From positions 15,562,001 through 15,626,000 of the forward strand of contig JAQFVV010000004.1 in the NCBI GenBank assembly GCA_028023455.1: a stretch of DNA of 64,000 nt. Direction: 5' to 3'. Below are positions 11,107 to 21,108 of this stretch, piece by piece. Position 1 is the stretch's first letter. Each line of letters starts with the position of its first letter. The notes beneath the pieces are model-generated. The model worked only from the letters and a program-made list of their open reading frames with translations. It did no database searches and was not told where the DNA came from. A program made the translations under genes and the position numbers. Source of the stretch: Epiperipatus broadwayi. Lineage: Eukaryota; Animalia; Onychophora.

Positions 11107-12521
11107 ATATAACTTTGTAAGATTTAGACAAGCTTCACTTTTTTGCGTAAAGTGCAATCTCAATTAATTACTAATTAAAGGTGAAGTAAAAACTATTATT
11201 TTATTTCCATCCATTTTACAACCCTTCCAGATACCATATATGCGAAAACTTTATACAACATTGACTTTACCGCTATCGATCTATAATTACTTAACTTTCT
11301 ATGATCATTACCCTTTCCTTTTAAATAGCAGCCTTACTCTTGTATTATTCCAATTATCTGGAAAATCTCTCTTCTGTGTCATCTTATTAAAACATGATAA
11401 TAGGTTTAATTTTATCCTATTTCCTAAATTCATTAACATCTCTGCTACCCATTCATCTATGTCTCTTGCCTTTTCACTTTTTAATTTCTTCCCAGCCTCA
11501 CTCAATTCATTTTCTATAAATCTAATGTTTTCATTACTATATGCTTATCACTCTGTCCTTCACATTTAACATCTTTTCTATATCCATTACATATTTATTT
11601 AAAATTGTCTCTAATTCTTCTCTAAAGCTACCCTCTATTCCCTCGTTCATTTAGTAATATTATTTTTCTCTCTCTCCTACATTCTTTTTTTTTTATGTAT
11701 TTCCAAAAATTTTTACTCCCATCTCTTCCATTTATTAATATTCTCCAATAATTTATTATTTAATTTAATTCTCTCTATAATTATCTATTTCAGCCAACTT
11801 CTTTTTTTAAAAATACTTTTCCCATTTAACATTAACATTTTTTTCACTTTCTTTGTTTTTAATAGCACATTTATATTCTCTGCATGCTTTTTTTCTCTCT
11901 TTTACACTTTTATTAACTCTCACTTTTCTATTATTTTTATTTTTCTGAATATTCTCACCTAAAACTCTATTTGCCACTTTTTGTACTTTACCACACCAGT
12001 TCTTATACTCATCCCCAACCAACAATAACATCACATGATATTTTTAGTTGTTTATACAAATTCTTCCAAAAAACTTCTATATATCCATGTCTAGATCCAT
12101 CTATTACTCCATCTATTGTCCATTGATTATTCAGGCTTACAGTAGATGACTTAAGGACAAGGAAAATGGAACTGCTCTTGTAATCAATAAATAAACAATT
12201 TGCAGTAAAGATGCCCAATATAATAAGAAAAATAAATCAACGTATGACAATACTTGTGGAACTTTTTTCTTCCTGATAAAATTTGCCTGAAATTAATATT
12301 TATAGGTAGTCATTATTTTGATATTGTAAAGAAGTTTATTCTTTTATATCTCTGAAATACTGGAATAAGTGATATTAGAATGGCAATCTACCAGCAATAA
12401 TGAATTTCAATACTTGCCTATTCTAAGTTATCTCTTACTGAACTTTTTTGATATATATACTGATGTATATATATAAATCACATCATCACAACCTATAAAA
12501 CAATAGCATATCAGAAATCTA

Positions 12522-12607
12522 TTGTCAAGGCAACACTCAAGTTAGATAATAAATGGATAGTAAATGAAAGAATCCATATATTATCTAATGTAGTGTTACC
12601 TTGACAA
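12522..12607. repeat. Small imperfect inverted repeat
   Basis: ttgtcaaggcaacact...ttagataata..tggat pairs with atcca..tattatctaa..agtgttaccttgacaa. Confidence 0.6.
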
Positions 12608-13228
12608 CATGTTAATACTCTTTTGGTTTATTTAAGCAGTGGTGATGTAATTTGTCTATGATAAACATTTAGCTATTGTCATTATGGTTTAAATATATAT
12701 TATGTATATTAAAACAACACAATTCAGGACAAAAGATGTGCCATCAGCAACTTTCTGTCAAAGAAAAATTATGATGGAGAAGATATCAGTCTTCAGGCTT
12801 TCCAATTGCTTAGTTATAAGTGTTTGAATTCTTGCTTAACCCTCTAACTGAAAATAAGTAAATACATATTTACTAGCTTGCTAGATTGTTTATAATTAGC
12901 TAATCCAAAGAAAAAATTTAAAACTTATTTGAAATCTATAAAGAATTTCAAATTGTAACTAATCTAGATTTAAATCCCAGATCATAAATACAGCGATTTA
13001 ATGTGCTAATAACTATTTTATAAATATATCAAACAATACTAACACACACTCTCCTATGCACTTTACATAATGTAGATACAATATATTTTGTTAATCCATA
13101 TTCAAAATAGTAGCATATATATATAGGGAATATATAGGGTATATGAGCAAGACTTTCACACGACCCACCACTCTATCTCATATTACTGATACACTCGAAC
13201 ACATATATGTTGAAAAGATAAACAATCA

Positions 13229-13270
13229 CCAATATATGTATTTCATGCTAAACCAGCAATCATCAGTTGG
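13229..13270 (-). ncRNA. Type I hammerhead motif, inverted-arm copy
   Basis: ccaa CTGATGA ttgc tggttta gcat GAAA tacata TA ttgg. Confidence 0.65.
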
Positions 13271-13731
13271 TCCAAGATTATCATCTCTACACATATATGC
13301 AATAAGTGCTCAGATATATATTACGATAACCAATCTTCTTACTTCAATGGACAGACTTTAATCCACTCCAACCTTTAACCATCTATACTATTGAAAATCT
13401 GATGATGGAATGCTCAAAGACCATCCTGAGGCTGAGATTATTGTCACACCCATTCCATCATCAGATTTTCAATTGGATGGACGGTTGAAGAGTTGGAGTG
13501 GATTGAAGCTTGTCCATTAAAGTAAGAAGATTGGCTATCTTAATACATATCTGAGCAGACCACCCTGAGGCTGAGATTATTGTCATACCCATTCCATCAT
13601 CAGATTTTCAATTGGATGGACGGTTGAAGAGTTGGACTGGATTGAAGCTTGTCCATTAAAGTAAGAAGATTGGTTATCTTAATACATATCTGAGCACTTA
13701 TTGCATATATGTGTAGAGATGATAATGTGGA

Positions 13732-13773
13732 CCAACTGATGATTGCTGGTTTAGCATGAAATATGTATATTGG
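13732..13773 (+). ncRNA. Type I hammerhead motif, sense-arm copy
   Basis: ccaa CTGATGA ttgc tggttta gcat GAAA tatgta TA ttgg; consensus stem III palindrome ATACGTAT. Confidence 0.7.
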
Positions 13774-15103
13774 CGATTGTTTATCTTTTCAACATATATG
13801 TGTTCGAGTGTATCAGTAATATGAGATAGAGTGATGAGCGGTGGGTCGTGTGAAAGTCTGTGCTCATATACCCTATATATTACATATATTGATACAGGTA
13901 TATAATAAGCCTGTATTTCAGTTATTATATAGTGAATATATAAAGAAAGCATTCTTTTATGGTTGCACTTTTCAAAAAATAATAATAAATATTGTGCATT
14001 TTATTTACATTTTTTGAATATAGTGCTTTATTTAAAAAATTATAATGTTTTAGTTAGAAAGAAATGTTACCATTTTATTACATTTCTACTTTTAGATTGT
14101 AATCTTTTATATGTTAAAATAAAAAAATTAACAGTTATATAAATTACTGTTCATTAAAGATAAGGTAATCAAAGCTTGATATTTTTTATTCTAAATATTT
14201 TTCCACTTAAATTGTTTAATGCAGCCGCTAATGAATAACTACTTTGATGGTATTATGGAAGAAATCTATTACGCTTTTAAATCAGCATATTTGGGAGTCT
14301 TTTTTTTTTCTTTTCTTATCGCATAATTATAGATATTATATCCCTCTCTGTTTTTTGTAAAATCACTTATTTCTAAGAGATTATAAAATCGAGTATAGGT
14401 TGTTCTACAAAGTTATGAACTTTGAAGATCCATCTCCATGAACCATGGTTCTAGTTTAATCACATTCTATAAACTCCTGAACAATAAACCATTAGATTAT
14501 TGTTTTTTAGATGCACAGATTGAATATCATTATTGCAACATCTAGAAATTTGAAAACTTCTAATGTCCAATATTTTTAGATTAGCATTCTGGCTTAGCAA
14601 AAACAAAAACGATTTCAAGTGATTTTATTTATAAAATAATTGATCTGTAAAAAATCAAATCACATGAAGCCTGTTTATTTATGTATTATGTGAATACCTA
14701 TAACGTAATTATTCTCAATTTTGTTTGAAATACAAATAAAGTTTGCAATTCTATGCTAACATTTTTCACAGACAAATGCCAGCAGAAAAGTAAAGATAAT
14801 AATCTTCTAATATATGGTCACTTTTATGTTGCCAAATAGCGTGGCAATCATATGCAGAGAATACAATTTGCATGGAGAAACTCGTTTATGAAAAAGTTGA
14901 ATTATTAGATAATCCATGCACATTATCTGATATTGAAAAAAAAATTATGTATTAAATATAAAAGCAATAAGTTTGCAATTCTATGCTAAATTTATATCTT
15001 CATAAAAGATGTCATCATAAAAACAAGAACAATGAATCATCTGATATCCATTCAGTTTTCACTTTCATGAACTATATATAATTAACATAAAGAAATTTAT
15101 TAA

Positions 15104-15363
15104 ACAAGGCAAAACTCTCCATACAGTAGTGCCACCCTGTACCAACCAGAGTAATCAATGGATGCCAGAACCAGTGCTCTCAGGTCCAAAGCTCCTCACT
15201 GATGAAGGCCACAAGCCAGAAACTAGTCTGGGGATATTGGATGAATAGGCATTAGATAGGGATTTTATGCACAAGCCTTCTGGCATGGGTGGCACTCCTG
15301 TATGGAAAGTTTTGCCTTGTTTAAAAACAATTATGTGCTAGTATAAGAGATGGTGATCATATG
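15104..15363 (+). mobile_element. Family-1 HHR mini-element with an inverted 5' arm
   Basis: Inverted repeat of about 36 bp (aaacaaggcaaaactctccatacagtagtgccaccc, 2 mismatches), tail 15321-15363, 14-bp TSD aagaaatttattaa (15090-15103, 15364-15377). Confidence 0.85.
15193..15234 (+). ncRNA. Minimal type I hammerhead ribozyme
   Basis: tcctca CTGATGA a ggc cacaa gcc a GAAA ctag TC tgggga; palindrome ACTAGT; predicted cut after 15228. Confidence 0.78.
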
Positions 15364-15740
15364 AAGAAATTTATTAATGAAAAAATTGAATTGTTAAAAA
15401 TTTATTTATTATTAATTGTATATGAAATATAAAAGCAAATGATTTGTAGTTCTATGATAAATATTTATCTCCAAAAAAAACAATGTCAACACGTAATCAA
15501 TGATGATGATTCGTCTAAAAATTGACCATTTTTACGTCAACTTGCAAAAGTCACAATTTGTAAAACCATATTCGAGCCCTGGAATAAAAACAAATAACTT
15601 TTACTTGTGTATTTATTGTCATATATTAAATATATATATTTTTGTGTAATCCAGTAAATATAAGTAATGAATTTGAATTTATTTTTTTATTAATTTATTA
15701 TTAAATAATAGTCACTAAATTACACTTAAATTATTTTATT

Positions 15741-15965
15741 GTAGGGCATTTGAACCCAGACTTTCAAGATTCCTTCAGCTATCGAATCTATCTTGTACAA
15801 CCGATGCACATGAGCACACCCGTGTGAAAAAGATAACATGCGTGGTAATGTTTAACAATTGCATGAGATAGGTTAGATAGCTGAAGGGAGCTTGAAAGTC
15901 TGTGTTTAAATCCCCTATAATTACATTTAAACTCTGGGGATATGAAGTATACCTGCATTTAAATA
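15741..15965 (+). mobile_element. Short foldback element related to the 13137 family
   Basis: Arms tagggcatttgaacccagactttcaag...cagctatc are inverted. Tail resembles 13882-13925. TSD-like ttaaattattttatt / ttaaattattctaat. Confidence 0.75.
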
Positions 15966-17525
15966 TTAAATTATTCTAATACATTTAATTTAGTTCAATA
16001 ATTGTTTAAATGTATTTTTCTTTTTTTACATCTGCAAAATTTTTTAATCTGAAAAGAATCTAGAGTTTTGAAATAATAGTGTTCGACTTTTAGATAATAA
16101 AAATAAAACAAAAAATTTTATTTAAAAACAATAAAAGCTCAAATGATTTTAAAGTGGTTAATTTAATTTAAACTAGTCCTTGAATTATAACTAGAGACAC
16201 CTTTTCAATTCTTTTCATTTAATTTTTAGAGATCTCGTGTCATTCTTTGATAATTCCTGAAAAGAATTAACAAATGATTTTTTTTTAAAAAAGTAGACAT
16301 AGAATAACAAATTTATTTTTAGATACAAAAATATCTTTAAATTTTTATTAAAACATATTTTTTGACATTGTTGGATGCTCTTTGAAATTTTTATTTCTCT
16401 TAAAAAGTTTTTTTTTTTAAGTTTAACTTTTCATTTTATATATATATGCAATTACGAATATAGTTTCTGACATCTAAAAAATTTCATATTTTTATTTTTC
16501 ATTTCTATCTGCATTTCATTCGTTATTAATTACATTCAAAACTCAATTGATATCTGCCATTTTTAAAAATAAGTATGTTATCTATTATATTGGACAAGCT
16601 TGTGATGGTTTTTTTGTTTTTTGTTTTATTTGAAAATTGCATAAAAGTAATTAATAATCTGGCCTATAATCTGTTTATCATATTTTTACTATTAAAACTT
16701 AAATCTTCAATTATTAGGTGTCTAAGTATAATGTATTTTATTCGTGTGATATCCCTGTGCATAGTCACTTTGGCTGTATATAAGAAAATTAATGTCAGTA
16801 CAAAAATTATTAAATTCACAACATTTACTTGTTACTACTGTTTATTTCTGTTTCCAAGTCTACATGTTTTCTTTTAATTAGTTGTTTTTATATACATAAT
16901 TACAATTTTTATATGTTCAAATTTAGTGATTAAATAAAGACTATGAAAGTCATTAAAATAATTACAGTCGCTTGCATTGAATGTAAAATGTGTAAGTCCA
17001 TGTTCTCTTTTTATTGAATGAAATAATCTAAATGTATGTGTCCCCGAATAGTGAATTAATAAAAATTAAAAAAAAAAAAGACCAAACATATATATTTATC
17101 ATTTCATGGATAAGCTAATTCCAATGCACAAACCATAAAATAATTACATTGGATTTAATTTTTACATAAAATGATATATACTTTCATCATGTATTTAATA
17201 GCTCGTTTACTTGTAGGCTTATTAAAATTATTAGAATGTGCGCATGCGTGTATGTTCACATGCATACACATGCAAGTGTAAACAAAGTATTGATTTAATG
17301 ACATAATAAATCAAATATATTTTTCTAATTCTTTTAAGAAATAGAGCAAAGATTATTAATTATGTAATTATAAGCAAAATTACAAAAAATAAATAATATA
17401 TGATTTTTTTTTTGTCTTAACAAGTTTATAATAACTTATTAAATGATAGTTGACTTTTATTAACAATGTATTATGTAATTATTTTAAATATAAAACTTTT
17501 TTTCTGATTTTCTTTGTAAATATAG

Positions 17526-17633
17526 AAATATTCTCAGCTATTGTCAACATCTGTAGAAGTACGTGATGGTATGGAAATGGTAGATGAAAAACCCAAAAGT
17601 GAAACGGAATGTAAATGCCAAACGAATAAATAT
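17526..17633 (+). CDS. Candidate internal exon of an unidentified host gene
   Basis: Acceptor ...tttgtaaatatag, donor gtgagt. 108 nt, open only in phase 0: KYSQLLSTSVEVRDGMEMVDEKPKSETECKCQTNKY. Confidence 0.45.
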
Positions 17634-18290
17634 GTGAGTATATATAAAGAGGAAGTAAATCAAAATAAAATGTTAAAGCCTTCATCACATTTATTTTATT
17701 CTTATTAAAAACACATTTATTTGTATTCAGTCTTTTATGTTGGACTTTTATTTTTTTATTATGTTTAAAAAAGTAAGATATTTGTCATTGTTTTGGTACC
17801 TATCTATAAACACCTTTAATATTCCAATATTTAACCTTTTAAAAATTAATATTATGTTTATAAAAAAAAAAAAAATCTTAAATTCAGATCCAAGAAAAAT
17901 TAGCATGGGGGGGGGGGGGATAATTCGCATCTTATTTGAACGAACAATCGTATTTTAATAAAATCACGTGACTGAAAACACCTTCATTAAATATATTATC
18001 TGAAACATTTATATTATGTATAAAAGAACTAAAAATTAACTTAATTAAACAATCAACATTTTTGTTATTTACTATCATGTTAAATGAAAAAAATCAAAAT
18101 TCTAATTTTAGAGGGGAGGGGATATAAGCCATTCTTTCATTTAAATTGGAATTATAGGATAAATAAATTTCTATTTTTATATACAGTATATGCGGTTTTA
18201 ATTTTATTAAAACAAATTATAATTTTATAGAAAAAAAAAATTTGTTCGATAAAAGTTCGGCTTTGTAGTCTTTTGCCTATTTATAGCTAA

Positions 18291-18360
18291 GTCGAGCGAT
18301 AGTGGACTAGTGGTTAGCATATCTGCGTTCCCGGTCAACGTATTTGACACATGAAAAAAA
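18291..18360 (+). mobile_element. Internally deleted tRNA-Gly SINE
   Basis: agtggactagtggttagcat...ttcccggtcaacg..ttgacacatg followed by an A-tail. Confidence 0.65.
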
Positions 18361-19369
18361 CCTATATTGTGTTGAATGGATTCATTTACCACTGCTTCAT
18401 TTAGAATTCAAATTTTTAGAAAGTTGTAGCAATCAAAATGTATTTATTTAGTTTTATTAGTAATAATTTAAATATTTTTAGGCAATTTGACTGTTTTTTT
18501 TATTTAACTGAATTGATTTTGCACCATAATTTTTATTATTTTGAATACTATGTAAGAATACTATTTCCTACTGCTATTTTACTATGATTAAGTGATAATT
18601 TTCAACATATTTTGCATACATGTATTACAGGTCTGTAAAATTATATGTGTATTAATCACAATTTAATATTTTTAAAGGGAAAATATTATAGAAATATCAA
18701 AAAAATAAATATTTAAATACTGCACATCATAATAGTGACTAGGGTAAATTAATTACGAGTTTGTGTTGATGTAATGATTTAACATAATTATATTTTAATG
18801 CAATCACTTTTAAGTTTATTTTTTTAATTAGAATTATTTTTGCTTCAATTTATAATTATTTTCTATTGACTGCATGAGACTTTTCTCATGTCTTTTTATG
18901 CAAAGCATTTATATTAAATTGAATAAAAATGGTAATAATGAAATATTACTTTTAAAAATAAATAGAAATGTTGTGTATATATTATCCTAGATATGAAGGT
19001 ACACTTTCTGACAAGAATATTTTATAATCTAGTCAGAAACACTTTTTTGTTTTGGATAAATATATAAATTATAAATTTCTGTATTTTGTTCACTTGAATT
19101 GGATACAGAAGTTATGATAGGAAGAACTGTTTTTGTCATAAAGTAAAATTTGCATCAACTAAGTACGTTTTGTGTTATTTGTAAATATGAATTAATTTTA
19201 TTAATTTAATTAAATCATTTATATTTTTAAAGTTCTCAAAAAAATTGCATTAAATATAATTCATAACATTAGATTTGATAGCTTATATTTTATTACATTT
19301 GTTTTTGTTATTGCTGTCATTATTTTACTTAATGCAAACGATTATTTAAAAGTCTTATTGGCCATTAAC

Positions 19370-20050
19370 TTCCTATCCTTTTCAATTAAATTCACAATAG
19401 AAATAAAACAAGAATAAAAATTGGCATTTTTAGACATTCCTGTGACAAGAGTTCCTCATGGCAAAATGAAAACTCCAGACATAAACACATAGGGAGATAC
19501 TTAGCATATATATCTAAAATGACAGCCTATCACTATGGAACAAAACGAAAAAAATTTGTTCAGAATCCAGTGTTTTGGTAAAAGAAAAGACCTATATAAA
19601 ATAAGTTCTCATTAAGAATGTATATCATTAAGAAAACCTTAAATATATATATATATAAAAACAAACAATAAAAGCCAAAAACAAGTATAGAAACTGCACA
19701 GGGTTTACACACAGCAGGGGTAGCAGATAAATTAAAGAAAATCTGTATTCAATATAATATCGAGATCGTTTTTCAAAGTTATAATATATTAGGCGGAATT
19801 CTAACATTGCTGAATAATAAAAAGCATGTGAATGGGTAAAGATATATATTGGTGGATCAATTGTTTTATTGGAAAGCAATTAAAAGAAAACTGATGATTG
19901 TAAAAAGATGTATCTAAAAGTAATAAACTACGTATGCGCCAATGAACATGTATTTGATTGAGAAAAGATAAAATATTTGATAAAGAGGAAAAGTTACAAA
20001 GAAGAAAATTTAAAGCGACTTACGTGGCAATGGTAAATAACCCCTTAAGT
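19370..20050 (+). mobile_element. Decayed PLE remnant (RT 3' part to GIY-YIG)
   Basis: IKFTIEIKQE*KLAFLDIPVTRV is the PLE FT.E.E....l.FLD motif; downstream is degenerate. Confidence 0.6.
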
Positions 20051-20408
20051 CACATTGGTGTGATAATTTATAATATTTGCAAACTACTTATTAATATTGC
20101 TCTTAAGAAACAAGTAAAGAAATTAGGAGGACCCTCATAGATAAGTATGACATTTCTATTAGTTACTGTTTTTGACAGAATAGCCTAATTGGTTAAAGCA
20201 TCACCTTAAATTCAATATTTATAAATCTAAAGATTCCAGTTTAATATTAATATTATCATTAGTCGAGACAGAAAAATCTTATGTTAGAAAAGTGCTATAC
20301 TTCATTTTTATAAATTAGTTATTATATGTTAAATTATATTTTAATATATAATCAAAATTACTCCAAATCCAAAACTCAGCCAGACTAGCCAAGAAAATAA
20401 AATCTAAA

Positions 20409-20452
20409 ACACAACCGATAGTTTCACTGCTACAAGCAGACTTCTCATTTGT
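20409..20452 (-). ncRNA. HHR-like motif, inverted-arm copy
   Basis: acaa ATGAGAA gtctgc ttgta gcagt GAAA ctatcgg TT gtgt. Confidence 0.45.
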
Positions 20453-21064
20453 AAAGAACTACAAAACAACGACATATTTATATTAAACGTTACCCACAAT
20501 TCCATTTACTTCCCATCCATCCTTAATATTAAAAGAACTTTTAAATAAATTAATTGCTTCAGAATCATAAATTTTTAATAATAAAGATTCTTTAATTCTT
20601 CTTTTCATTTCATTTCTCTCAAAGAACACAACCTTAGTTTCATCAAAATTAATAGTGTGGCCTGTATTTTTTTTCATGGACATGCAAAGTAAAAATAAGA
20701 TATTTATTTCTAACCCATTTAAGCTCAAACTACTACTAAGATATTTATTTCTAATTCTACTTTTATGTACATTTATTCTTTCATTTAGGTACATAAAAGT
20801 AGGATTAGAAATAAATATTTTATTTCTGCTTTGTATGTCCATGAAAAAAATACAGGTCACACCATTAATTTTGATGATGCTAAAGTTGTTTTCTTTCAGA
20901 GAAATAAAATGAAGAGAAGAATTAAAGAATCTTTATTATTAAAAATATATGATTCTGAATCAATTTATTTATTTAAAAGTTCTTTTAATATTAAGGGTGG
21001 ATGGGATGTAAATGGAATTGTGGGTAATGTTTAATATAAATATGTTGTTGTTTTGTAGTTTTTT

Positions 21065-21108
21065 ACACTTGAGAAGTCTGCTTGTAGCAGTGAATCCATT
21101 GGTTGTGT
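21065..21108 (+). ncRNA. HHR-like motif with U3-A8 core
   Basis: acac TTGAGAA gtctgc ttgta gcagt GAAT ccattgg TT gtgt. Confidence 0.5.

Larger units (their letters stand above)
10633..11204 (+). mobile_element. PLE 3'-end foldback insertion (inverted arm, sense arm, 38-nt tail)
   Basis: Arms 10633-10876 and 10911-11165 are near-perfect reverse complements. The sense arm encodes KRKIKEACFIANDNYAINRKESCFTISRKWSL*. 14-bp TSD ttccatccatttta (10619-10632, 11205-11218). Confidence 0.92.
8930..12420 (-). mobile_element. Decayed APE-type non-LTR retrotransposon (EN-RT-CCHC), interrupted by a PLE foldback
   Basis: WNNTRVRLLFKRKG, VVFIDI, LRQGCPMSSILFLLY, C-terminal CKLCKEGIENIRHLLTEC. Removing the insert restores GRVVKWMEENNIVGEMQGGF in frame. 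Confidence 0.85.
13137..13925 (+). mobile_element. HHR-bearing foldback element with an internal 139-bp direct duplication
   Basis: Left arm 13137-13416 is the reverse complement of the right part. Direct repeat units start at 13419 and 13558. 17-bp TSD with one mismatch (tatatagggaatatata / tatatagtgaatatata). Confidence 0.85.

Noticed and set aside
12115-12145. Short match to the family-1 repeat (ccattgattatt..ggcttaca)
   Set aside because: Lies within the LINE endonuclease region and is too short; likely coincidence.
13397-13445. Extra CTGATGA (ctgatgatggaatg) as a second hammerhead in the foldback
   Set aside because: No GAAA after the possible stem II and no stem I pairing.
20483-20912. 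Mirror-image ORF pairs (also 13143-13361 and 13698-13952) as genes
   Set aside because: They arise from inverted repeats of transposon ends.
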